In this document: positions 21,701 through 36,500 of the stretch, in pieces
Position numbering within the stretch: the first letter of the stretch is position 1
Layout: each line of letters starts with the position of its first letter
Assembly: GCF_036321535.1 (NCBI RefSeq)
Contig: NC_087450.1
Span: forward strand, 9,238,001 to 9,302,000
Direction: 5' to 3'
DNA from: Camelus dromedarius
Lineage: Eukaryota
DNA: 64,000 nucleotides
Program-made: the position numbers and the translations under genes
The notes under the pieces: model-generated
What the model was told of the DNA's origin: nothing
Seen by the model: the letters and a program-made list of their open reading frames with translations, nothing else
Databases searched by the model: none

Positions 21701-23231
21701 CCCTGTCTCCGTCTGCTCCCCTTTCCCTAAGGACCACCTGTCTCATCCCCGTCCTTTCCTGCCATTCCTTCCCATTCTGAAAACCCCACAAGCTCCTCCT
21801 TCTGAGGCAGGGATGACCAAGCCTGCCTGATGTCACTGCTAACTTCTGTGACTGAGGTGGAGGTGGAAGCAGGCCCCATCTTTCTTCTGCAGGAGACTCG
21901 AGTCCGGGCAGGGGAGCTGGACGAGGCAGCAGGCCGGCCCACGACCCTGACCATCACAAACCGGTGTGGTGAGGCCGAGGTGACGCACACCCTTCAGGCA
22001 GAGAGTCGGGGAGCCCTGCAAAGCTGGATGGAGGCTCTGTGGCAGCTTTTCTTTGACATGAGTAAGAGAAGGGGGCTGGATTGAATCCTTTGGGAGGGAT
22101 TGGAGCTTGTTCTTTTTACTGAAGGCCTCTATTTCAAGAATGTGTGGAAGGGAATGTAGCAGGGGGAGGGGAGCCTGGCCCTCTCACAGTCCTGCCCTAC
22201 CCACCCCAATCAGTGCTCTCCCTTCAGGTCAGTGGAGGCAGTGCTGTGATGAAATAATGAAAATTGAAAGCTCTGCTCCCCGGAAACCACCCCAAGTACT
22301 GGCCAAGCAGGGGTCCTTGTACCATGAGATGGGTGAGTGAAAGTGCGTCCTGGGATCTAACGGGAAGTTGAGTTGGGGGCTTCACGGGAGCCTAGATGAT
22401 GGAAACAGAGAGGCCGCACACTTTGGGCTAAGGCAGAACTCTGGAGACCCAAGTCCCACCAGTTCTGTTGTATTCCTTTCTTTTCTCCAACTCTTCTTAA
22501 CGCCATCTCCACGAAAGTTCAAAACAAAACCCCATACACCCAGATTCATTTCACGGATTCTTCTCCTAATTTCTTCTTTTCTGTTTCCCTTCCTGCACGC
22601 GGATTCCTGTCTCTCCCTCTGACCCTTCACTTGCCTGGCTCTGCTTTCGTTCTCCTCTTTCTTGATTTCTTCACCAACTTCTGCCCACCCCCATCTCCCT
22701 GTCTACCCTGCCCCCCGTACCCCGTAGTCTTGTCAGAATCTGTGGCCCCAGGGGGCCCAGATGAGGGGCCGCTCCTGCAGGATAACACGATCTCGGCTGG
22801 GATCCAGGCTTTGCTTTCCTACAGTGACAGGTGATGCTCAGGGCTGGGGCGGTCTGGGGCCTAAACGCTGACTAGCCCCCTCCCCTCAACCCCTTCCTGG
22901 TGCCACAGCTATTGAGCCGCTGGATGACATCGCAGCGGTGACAGACATCCTGGCCCAGCGGGAGGGTGCAAGACTGGAGACACCCCCACTCTGGCTAGCA
23001 ATGTTTACAGACCGGCCTGCCCTGCCTGACTCCTGCTCGCCTGCTTCAGTGGCCCCAACCCCAGCCCGGATCCATTCCCTGCCCTGGGGGAGACCTCGAA
23101 CATTCTCCCTGGATGCTGTCCCCCCAGACCACTCCCCTGGGGCTTCTCGCTCGGTTGCCCCTCTCCCCCCACGGTCCAGAGGCCTCTGCAGCAAAGGCCC
23201 ACCCCACACGTGGCTCCAGTCACCAGTGTGA
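9738..23231 (+). CDS. RTKN: Rhotekin (HR1, anillin-homology and PH domains, C-terminal PDZ ligand), about 560 aa
   Basis: Exons 9738-9848, ~17066-17265 (5' part masked), 18992-19053, 19143-19196, 19294-19411, 19612-19821, 20552-20646, 20754-20860, 21101-21229, 21893-22061, 22228-22332, 22909-23231. All visible junctions are GT/AG with matching phases, total 1683 nt. The translation MFSRNHRSRITVARGSALEMEFKRGRF...DLRIPLMWKDTEYFKNKG...WLQSPV* matches rhotekin. Confidence 0.97.
11865..11936 (+). CDS. RTKN: RTKN alternative coding first exon (MQDRLHILEDLNMLYIRQMALSLE)
   Basis: 72 nt with a phase-0 GAG|GTAACG donor, in frame with exon 2. Matches the N-terminus I recall for the shorter human/mouse rhotekin isoform. 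Confidence 0.88.
12340..13200 (-). mobile_element. L2 fragment
   Basis: atttattcatt...tttactgaacacctactatatgccaggc, followed by degenerate L2 body text (gggccagattatacagggctttgaaggcca...agattttactctaaatg). Confidence 0.65.
13650..13820. mobile_element. MER3/MER33-like hAT-Charlie DNA transposon fragment
   Basis: ctagttacatgaggctatttaaattcaaa...ctagccacatttcaagtgct...catcatcgcagaccttattggaca. Confidence 0.55.
14950..15147 (+). promoter_or_regulatory. Intronic CpG-rich RTKN alternative promoter with candidate first exon (ATG 15124, donor after 15147)
   Basis: Perfect CRE TGACGTCA at 15046-15053 and GC boxes at ~15064-15080. GCAATGG Kozak, reading MARAREES, then a TCC|GTGAGT donor in phase 0. 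Confidence 0.6.
17063..17194. other. 132-nt N run hiding the acceptor and first 43 codons of RTKN exon 2 (HR1 domain)
   Basis: A 200-nt exon ending at the visible donor (17265) would start at 17066. Visible sequence resumes exactly at codon 44 (CGC, 17195), so the run preserves length. Confidence 0.8.
22728..22830 (+). CDS. RTKN: Candidate RTKN cassette exon in the last intron, giving the alternative C-terminus VLSESVAPGGPDEGPLLQDNTISAGIQALLSYSDSY*
   Basis: Long pyrimidine tract plus TAG acceptor (22725-22727), 103-nt open exon entered in phase 1, CAG|GTGATG donor. Splicing into 22909 gives AG|C TAT TGA (stop 22913-22915). Confidence 0.55.
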
Positions 23232-23565
23232 GAAAGGTGCTGGCAGCAGGATCTGGCCCGAAGAGAAAATGACCTGTGTGCGGCTGGCTGTAGGTACAGC
23301 GCTGTTTGGAGCAGACTGGCCAGCCTGGCCTCCCTCCCTTTGTTGGACTGGGGGTGGGCTGGGGAAGGGGAGCAGAAGCCCCTCTTAAGCTGTGGCTGCC
23401 ATGGTGCTGAGGGACTTGCTCCCAGGACTGGCTGAGACCCCCCAAACCCTTCCTGGGAGAAAACTGGAACCACCCCTGCCCTACCCCCCTGCACTAACCG
23501 GCTCTGAGGATGGCACTGAAGAGCCCCGGGAGGGAACGTCCCGCCCTCGTGACCCCGCGTCAGCC

Positions 23566-23571
23566 ATTAAA
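23566..23571 (+). terminator. RTKN polyadenylation signal (ATTAAA)
   Basis: The only AWTAAA hexamer I see between the RTKN stop and the WDR54 3' end. Confidence 0.6.
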
Positions 23572-23722
23572 GCTATTTAACAGCAGCCTCCACCTGCTTC
23601 TGGACGGCTGCCTCTCGGCTTGGTCGGGACCCGTCCCGTCCCCCCACCATGGAGCTCGGTTCACCTGGACGTGAGTATGCTGTGATGCTGAGGAGTCAAG
23701 ACACGGGCTGGGGGGGGGGGAC

Positions 23723-23728
23723 TTTATA
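23723..23728 (-). terminator. Probable WDR54 polyadenylation signal (variant TATAAA)
   Basis: tttata on the + strand, ~40 nt past the WDR54 stop. No canonical AATAAA on the - strand nearby. Confidence 0.45.
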
Positions 23729-23765
23729 AGTAATACCACAGGGGGGAAGGAGGGCTGCTGCTCTC

Positions 23766-26700
23766 TCACATGCTGCTGAATCTCAGGATCTCAGCGAGGT
23801 CATAGCCAGTCACAGCAAAGGAGCTGCCCGAGGGGTCACAGAATCGGGCACCACACACCTGGGTGTCCGGCACACACGCACCATGACAGTGTTCCACCTA
23901 GGGGAGAGGAGGGCTGCTCAGGGCCTGCGGCCTCACGCTTGGGCCCGCACTCCGCTCCTCTCACAACACACACCTCAATGTAGCCACTCTCTGGGCTTCT
24001 GCTCAGCTTCCAGATGTGTACAAAGGTGTCTTCAGCCGCAGAGAGTAGCTATAAAAAAAAACAAAAAACACAGGGAGGACCAGTGGGAGTCGGAACACGC
24101 TGACAGGTGACTGATACAGGCTGCACCCAACCCAGGCGCCCGGAGAGGGGGCTACACTGAGTGGCAGAGATAAGCCTGTGGACTTCCTCTGAATATTCCA
24201 GCACCAGGAACAAGGTTATAGAGGGATGGAGGAGACTGACCTTGCCCACGTCGGGAGCCAGGTCCAGGGCACAGACGGCCCGGGCGTGCGCGTTGATCTG
24301 GACGTGCAGAGTTCCTGTACTGGCTTCGTACAGACGCACCTGCCCATCCCCATAGCCTGCTGCTATGGTCCCCTGCCACAGCTGCACGGAAGGGCACGGG
24401 ACCCTGCAAGGGTGATACCCCACTTTGATTTCCCAGACCCGGGCCCACTCCCACCCTGAAGCTACCTCAGGAAGGCCTCAGCCCCCTTCTGCCTCACCTA
24501 CCCAAATCCTGGAATTCGGGTCAGTAATTTGAATTCAGGCCCTGACCGCCAGACACACAGCAAGCCTGAGTCATCAGCTGTCACCATGTCAGCCACGCAG
24601 TCCTGAGGGGAAAGGCAGGATCAGCCCTTCCCTTTCTCCCCTGCTGGGTCCTGTACACGGGGCAGGAGGGGAAGGGAGGCAGAATTCGCATCTTTGCCTC
24701 TCCGGGGAAAGGGCAAGGTGCGGAGCCCTCGCTGGCAGCTGGAGGCTCCCCTCAGGAAGCATAAAACACTTTCCTTGTATTCCCTAGAGAGTCTTACTCC
24801 CCACCCCGGACTGAACACACACGCCAGGCGTTAGGAGAGGGGATATAATCGTCCTCACTGGATGGATGATGAAACAGGCCACAGTGTCATGACCTTCTGG
24901 AGGTCTTGAAGTGAGACACTCAGAGTCATGACTAGACTCTGGGCATCCTGAGAGCCCCTAACCCCAAGCAGCAGACACAGCCCACGGGCCCAGCTCTGTG
25001 GCAGGTGCAGCGCAGGATGCAAATTAGAAGATACATACCCTGTTCCCAAGACGCTTAAGACCCAGCTGGGGAGACAGGACTTGTCTCTGAGGGCAGTATC
25101 AATTCAAGGCTCAGCTGAGGGAGACCAGTGGGAGCTGGAATAGGGGGGTGGCTTCCTGAGGTGGCACTGGGGGTGGCCTGAAGAGGCAGGACTCGCCCAG
25201 GTTCAGAGAAGGAAGCTACACATGTCAGAGCTGGAAAGCATCTCAGAAACTATCTGCCCCAACTCTTCAGTTCACACCAGCACTGTAAAGTGTTGGAAAA
25301 CGACTAAATGCCATGTAAATGGAAAGTAACCCTGGCGCTGTCACTGGATCTGAGGTTGCTGAAGCCTAGGAGAGTCTAGCGATTTGCCTAAAGTCATCCA
25401 GCTGCTTGAACCCAGCTCTCCTGCCTCCCAAGGCGGGGAAGGCCCCCAGACTCACTGGAACAGGTAGGCGAAGTCCACTTACCTGGCCCTGGGCGGGCTC
25501 GGTGGCAATGTCTGTGACTGGTGTCTGGTGTCCAGCCAGCTCTTCACTCAGAACGATGTGGGGACCCTTGGCTGGGATGTCAAACACCAGTACCCGGCCT
25601 GACCACGCTCCTGCAGAAGCAGTGCTCCACTGATGGCTTCCTGATCCTCCCAGGTCCCCAGCCCCCACACTCAGCACTTCCTCCATCCCAGAGACCTTAG
25701 TAACAAACCCACCTCTCATTGCTCCAACCAGCCTTGCCCCCATATTCACCACCCTTATCCTATCCCACCCTGCCCCTCTGAACCCCTCCACGGCTTTTTG
25801 GAGTCTTCAGACCCCCCTTCACTCCCACCCTTCCCTCTAACCCTCCAGTTTCCTCAGATCAGCATCTTCCTGGCCAAAGCACACACCCCTATGCCCCAGC
25901 ACCCCACAATGCCCTGCCCTCGGCCCCCTCACCCACACAGATGAAGTGACCACTGGCAGCAATTCCTCGGGCAAACACAGCCTGTACTAAGTATGAGAGG
26001 GGAAAACTATTAGAAATAGCATCTCCCCATCCCCACAAACACTCCCTACCCCTGCCCCACGCAGTCCCACAGGTACCTAGAGAGGCATCTCCAGAGTCCA
26101 GTGCGTGCCAATAGACCATGACGGAGCCATCAGACTCGTACATCTGGAAGACGGGGTGAGAATGTCACAACTCAGCTGACCTTTGCTGAGCTCTGTGCTG
26201 ACTACTCCACGTACTCATGTTAGCCTTAGCCCAATTAATCCTGAAAACCACCCTGGGAGGTCGGCATTACTTTTATCCCCATTTTACAGAGGAGGACACT
26301 GAGGCTCTGAGAAGTCAAATTACCCAAGGACATGCGGCTAGTAAAGAAGCAGATATTGGAGATGGCACCTGAGAACTGAAAAACAGGGAAGGAGAGAAGA
26401 TGAGAAACAAGGAGGAGGGGGCTAAGCACATCAAAAGTTTGGAAATGCTTAGAGGTAAATGGGGGAAAGGTCTAGGGGCCTTGGGGAGAAGTTGAGAACA
26501 CTCTAGTTGGGGAGGGCAGGAAGGTCCTCTTCTTTCTTACCTGTATTCCTCGATGTGAGGCGAGTACCAGCAATACTCGGTCAGGGAGGACACACCAGTG
26601 GACCTGGAGGGCGGTGAGTCAGAGCAGGGAGAAATGGTCAGAACAAGGGACACGAGGACTCACAAGTGTGGAAATTCAGAGGGCTAGACAAGGCCTCTTC

Positions 26701-26987
26701 CTCGGGATTTGGTGAGGAACGGCTGGGCGAGGGCTGGTTTCAGCAGCACCGCTCCCAACGCCATAGCTCACCTGGGTGATAAGTGGGGAACTCACGCCAG
26801 CGCCCTCCTTAGCGTGGAGCTGGCGCTGGGCCAAGGGCACCCCCTCAGGAGCAGCGCTGAGAAGCTGGGCGCTGGGTCCATGGACTACGCCAAAATGTGT
26901 GAGGTTGCGCTGCTGCAGCACACTGAGGTTGTTGCACAGGGCGGCCGCCGAGCCTCGAAGGGGAATGGAGCGCTCCCGGCGGAACAT
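23766..26987 (-). CDS. WDR54: WD repeat-containing protein 54, 332 aa
   Basis: Coding exons 26987-26772, 26603-26541, 26143-26077, 25986-25933, 25610-25483, 24602-24502, 24403-24241, 24048-23974, 23897-23766. GT/AG junctions and phases are consistent. The translation MFRRERSIPLRGSAAALCNNLSVLQ...VHWCVLP...AVTGYDLAEILRFSSM* matches WDR54. Confidence 0.96.
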
Positions 26988-27596
26988 CCTAGGGGAGAGA
27001 CGCCCGAATCACCAGGCTCACAGGAAATAGGCGACGGCGGAGATTCCTGTGGGGACTCGGGGCGCTGTTATGCGGCACTGGGAGAGACCCCTGAGTCTGG
27101 GTCATGATGTGATGGGGGGGTCACGTGGTGCGGGGAGGGTACCATGGAGCAGGTAAGGGGAACCCCAAGGCTGAGCCACGAGGCGATGCGGGGAATCCCG
27201 GAGGAGGAACGGCGATGGCACAGGCCCCAGTGGCCCAAAGAGCCCAAGCCGAGGTGGGATGAAGCGAGGTAGCCCCCAGGCCCTACCTCCCTCCGCTCGG
27301 CTCCCCGAAGACCCCAGGCCAGCTAAGAGTTCACACCATCCGCCCCAAATCGGCTTCCTGTCTCTAGAAGCGTCGTCTCTCCGAATCCGCCACCACCATA
27401 GAGACGACGCACGCACGCACGCACGCACGCACGGCCGCTGGGTGGGGCCAGCAATCCGGAAGTGCGGCTCGCGGCGCGGCTGCGGGGACGACCGTTAGAC
27501 GGGGCGGCCGTTAGACCGGGGCGCCCTTTAGACCGGGGCGACCGCGGAGGGAGTAGGAAGCCCTGCAGCTGCGGGGTCTGAGCTGAGGCTGTGGCG

Positions 27597-31551
<3,955 letters not shown>

Positions 31552-31597
31552 ACCTCAGGCAGTGGGAATCCCGCCTACTTTCTGTCTGTCTGCCAGA

Positions 31598-31603
31598 AAT
31601 AAA
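31598..31603 (+). terminator. AATAAA polyadenylation signal of C2orf81
   Basis: Canonical hexamer ~46 nt after the ancestral stop codon. Confidence 0.65.
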
Positions 31604-32290
31604 CACCTGAGTTGCTTTAAGAATTGGCCCCATGTCTGTCAGTTTCTTCCAAGTGTGTGTTCTCACCGAACTGGAGAGGAGCAGTTGTCCTGCAGGCCTA
31701 GAAGATAGAACGCTGACTCCGGGAATAAGTGCATTACCACCCTTAGGAGACCCCGCTTTAGGGCCAAAGTGACTCCCCAGCAGAGACTGTCTGGAGAGCC
31801 ATCTGTCTGTCCACAAAGGAGCAGATGTAAGAGTTGCGAGTGGGGATCTGTCTCAGTTTGGAGACTTCATCGAGTCTCATTCCAGTAGGGGAGGAAGGGA
31901 TGGCCCTGCTTACGCACAGAGTGATTCAAGACATGAGGAATTTGATTTCCAGTCCCTGGGTCTCTGTCAGTTCACCTTAGAGCACAAATCCAAGTTATAT
32001 GTGGAGACAAATCTGAGCCTATGCAGGGCTCAGGGCTGTCCCAGCTCTCTTGATCTTTGACATGGGCCAGCATTGGAGTGAGGCAACCAGGTCACTTGGA
32101 AAAACAATTTAAGGAGGAACTCACTCTCAGGTTCAAATGAGGTGTTCCAACACATCTAAGAGGGAATGCCTCCTTAAATTTCGTGTCTGCTCCACACCAA
32201 CCTCTTGGTTAGTCCCTATTTAGCTTTGGCTAGTCCGTCCCCACCTTCTTTGTGGGCAAAGCTTCCACTGACAGGCCACCATTCTCTGCT

Positions 32291-35200
32291 ATGTCACTGT
32301 GGTTTCTACTCAGCACCCCAGTCTGGGGTCCCGGCTCCGTCCTCCTCACGGTGGTCCTCCTGCTTAGACTAAGTGTGTGTATCTGGCATAAGTGTTATCT
32401 CTGGGACCTCCAGCACTGCTCCACAGACCTGACCGGGAAGACGGCAGTGGTGACTGGGGCCAACAGTGGTGAGTACTCATCCTGCCCTATCACCTCACAT
32501 GGGCCACAGCCTCCAACAGCCCCAACAGGGAGGGCAGAGAGGAGGATCAGCACCCACTGTCACACCTTTGTCTCTCCCCTTGCTCCGTTGCCCTCTCTGC
32601 ACTCCTTGCACTACCCTTCTCTGAAGCTGCCCTCCCACAGGCATTGGGAAGAGCGTGTCCCAGGAGCTGGCCCGCCGCGGGGCGCGTGTGATCCTGGCCT
32701 GCCGCAGCCGTGAGCGTGGGCAGCAAGCCCTGGCCGAGATACGAGCAGCCTCAAAGAGCAACCAGCTCCTGCTTGGTGAGGTGGACATTAGCTCGATGGC
32801 CTCCATCCGGAGCTTTGCTCAGTGGCTTCTGCGCGAGCATCCAGAGATACACCTACTGGTTAACAATGCTGCAGTCTGCGGTGTGTGTCTTGACTTACTT
32901 CCCCTAAACACATTTCAGGAGCCTCCTTTCTGGCTCAGGGACCCCAAAACAGGCAGCCCCAAGCCTAACCTGTATATCCTGTGGAAACACTCTTAATTCG
33001 GACACTGTCCTATTGGACACTGAAGCTACCTTAAGTTGTAGCTTCACACTTCACTGCCCCGATGTTGACACATACATGCTCCTGTGGCTTTTCTACTGAA
33101 CCCTCATATATCCTCCCCAGACATCATCTCCCTCAGGACTATCATTTCATCACCCACCACCTATGTTTTCATCTCCTCCCAGGATTGCCCACAACACGTA
33201 CCCCAGAGGGCCTTGATGTCACCTTTGCCACCAACTACACTGGACCCTTTCTGCTCACAAATCTGCTCCAAGGTAAGGAAGGATGGGTGCTTATTGTCTG
33301 TGCTGCCCCTGTGTCTTCATTCCTCTGGCATTTTCATGTCTTACTGCCTCCCATGGTCCCCAGATGCTTGCTGAACGATGCCCCAGTACACTTTTGCTGG
33401 ATACAGCAGGGGAACCCACTTGGCACCAGCCAGGTTTAGGAGGCTGGTAATGGAATCAGTCAGCCCCAAATACAAGCAACAGGAAGGTGTAAGATCTATA
33501 CAGGCCGCCTCCCCGTCCCCCAGGTCTGAGTACTAGCCTGACCAGGAGTCACTCATCTCAACAAAAGCTTTCTGAAGTCACTAGGCTGCTAGGATTAAGG
33601 ACGTTCTTCCTGGGGAGGTGGGGCTGGGTGGCAGGCACATCCTCCCTAACAGTGTTTTCTAGATGGTCTAATGACCTCTTAAAAAGCAAATTAATTTTTG
33701 GCCAGGTAATACACTTCCAAAGTACAAAATCGAAAGTGTTGAAGTATACAGAAGGATATACAGAAAAAAAAAGAAAAAAAGGAAGAAAAGGAAGTCTCTT
33801 CTCCTTGAAAAGCAGCTCCCCATCCCCCTCCTGGGGGGCAGCTGCCATTGCCAGGGTCTCATGTTCCCTTTAGCGGGCAATTAAAGTAACCCAACGGGAA
33901 AGTGCAGAAAGGTCAAACTCAATGCATCTGCAAGTATAAAAGTTTTTTCCCCCTTTCCAAAAAGAGTGATATGCTACAACAACCTATGTGTACTTTGCTT
34001 AATAATAGTTCCTTAAACTGTCTTCTCTCCTGTCTTCCCTCCTGCCACTAAATCACCGTTCATCATACCACTGTCTTGCTTCAGGTCCTTTGAAGGTAGT
34101 CTATGCTTTATAAATATAAAACCTAAGCTGCTTCTCTCCACTTACGAGTCCCTCTGCAGACTGAGAGCCTCACCGTTGCCTTTCCCAGACTTACACTCTT
34201 GTCACCAGCCAGCCAATCTGTATCTCTTGGACCACACTCTTTTTTAAATTCTGGCTGCGCTTTTGCACATCTGTTTCCCTTTATCTGGAATATCCCTTCC
34301 CATCCCTTTAAGGCAGAGTAGCTTTAGCTCAGCTGCCAGCACTCAGCACAGATCCCGCTTGTGCTGTGGACTCTGCCCTGACCCCTCTGCCTCCCCAGCT
34401 GCCCCCATTTCCAGGGCTCCCTTCGCCCCTGTGCCCGTCTCTGTTCCTGCACTGACGCTGCTGCGTGAAGATCAGCCTCCAACTCGGCCGTGAGCCCCTG
34501 TCACTGTGTCTGCAAGTTTGGGGTTCATTGTCCTCTTTAAGAATAATTTTCTCTCCAACAACTTTTGGCTAGATACCTCCTGCTCAACTTTTCATTTGTG
34601 ATTCTTCCTTTAAATGTAGGCTCAAGACAGTTTTAGCATTTTGAAACAACAGGCAAACTCATATGTGACAGCTAGTATTTTTCATACTTTATATAATCCA
34701 GACATTTTTTTAATACAGTTACGTACTCTTTTTTCTTTTTCTTTTTTTTAAATTTAACTTGTTCTCTTGAGAGTAATTATACTTTCCTTTTTTTTTTGAA
34801 GGTAGTTTAAAAAATTTTAAAGCCCCACTTTTCCAGGTATCTCTGCATACGGTTCTTGTCCCCTAAACTTAGCACCCATATGTCCTTAGCACGGAGTTTG
34901 TGTCTGCCATAGTCCAGGGGCCTAATGGATAGTCGTGCAATGAATAAGCAAGTGACTGAATCTATGAATGTGTGAAAGACAGCTTTCACAGCGTTTCCAG
35001 TCTCTCCTTCCCCCACTTAGCCCTCAGTGAGATAAAAATATGAACCAGGATCAATTACCTCCAGCTGGCAGGTGGAAGAAGAGCAAGGCAAAACCCCACT
35101 TTTATTTTAGGCAAAGAAACCAAAAAACTCCCACAAAGACCAAAAAACAAAACCCCCAAACAAAACAAAAGACACACTGAAATACAACAAGAGGAAAAGC

Positions 35201-36500
35201 GTGAGGAAAGCAGCTGGAACGGAAACGCAGCCTCGGTCACACCCAGCTCCCCCGCGCCTCACCTGGGCGCCTGCGCGGGGGGCCGCGCTCCCCCGGGGGG
35301 TTAATGGAGAAGCAGGCCGGGGGGGGGACGGGCGGGCGTGGGCGCGAACTCCCGGCCTTGCCCTGAGAGTGTGTGGCCCTCTCTCCTCCCAGGGGCCCTA
35401 CAACGGGCGGGGGCAGCCCGAGTGGTCAACGTGTCTTCCTTCAGGCAAGAGAAAGGGTACATTGACGAGGAGCACCTGACAGGGGCTGGTAGACCTTTGA
35501 CCTTCAACCAGAACTATGACTGCAGCAAACTGCTTTTGGCCTCATTCACTGGGAAGCTTGCCCAGAGACTTCAAGGGACAGGTAATTGCCTCTGGCAGCC
35601 CCTGCTCCTCCACTCCCAGGGCTTCCTCCCAGTCCTTCACATCTCATCGCAGTATGTTTTGATCATGAAATATTCCCAGTGTCCCCCGAGCCAGCTGTTA
35701 ACCTCCACCCTTTGTCATCTGTGCGCCCTCTATTTCTCTCAACCCTATCTTCACGTCTCCCCTTCAACCCTTTTTCCAACTCTCATCACCCACAACTCCC
35801 TCTCCTCCCAGTATTTTCCAGTAGCAACACCATCCATCGTGTTCCCCCCAAAGTTCACCCCGCACTTTCAAATACTTGAGTCCGCTTCCTGGCTCGGATA
35901 TCGCCATTCATGTGAGTTATAGAACCCTGACTTCAGGCACCACCTCGAGTGTCTGGTCACCTCCACTGGGCAGGGCTGGTAGGGCCCTCCCCTCTTTGCA
36001 CATCCTAGAGCCATGTTTAACCCTTTCCTCCTCTCACTGTGCTTTCCACTACGGTTGTCTCTCCCTCTCTCAGGTGTGACTGTGAACTCCGTGGACCCTG
36101 GCGTTGTGTACACGGAGATCATGAAGAATTTCTCTTGGTTATATCGTTTCATCTTCTGGCTCCTCAGCTTCTTCTTCAAGGTGGGTGGGGAGGAGCTGGC
36201 TCTGCCTGAAGGGATTGGGGCAGGGGGTCTGCTGCTCAGTGTGTCCCTTCAGGCTACAGCCTGCCTGGCTTTTAATCCTCCTCCTCCTCCCCCACCCCCG
36301 TGTCTCCGCAGAACAGCAAACAGGGTGCAGTCCCAGTGCTCTACCTGAGCTTGGCAAAGGAGCTAGATGGCATTTCTGGAAAACATTTTAGCAGTTCCGG
36401 TGTGATAACTCTTGCCCCTAAAGCTGCCCGAGATCCTCACGTGGCCCAAAGCCTCTGGGATACTTCAGCCCGACTAACAAATCTAGACAAGATGGACTGA
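32291..36500 (+). CDS. Unnamed classical short-chain dehydrogenase/reductase (RDH11/12/13/14-DHRS13-like), 330 aa, intact
   Basis: Exons 32291-32468, 32641-32880, 33183-33272, 35393-35581, 36074-36180, 36312-36500 total 993 nt. All GT/AG, phases 1,1,1,1,0, no stops. Motifs: hydrophobic N-terminal anchor, TGANSGIG, ACRSR, NNAA, TNY, VNVSS, YDCSK (35515-35529), DPGVVYT. Confidence 0.92.

Noticed and set aside
22886-23494. 202-aa minus-strand ORF
   Set aside because: Antisense shadow of the RTKN last exon.
32252-32290. GTG-initiated N-terminal extension of the SDR
   Set aside because: The ORF caller used a non-ATG start. ATG 32291 gives the normal anchor-plus-Rossmann architecture.
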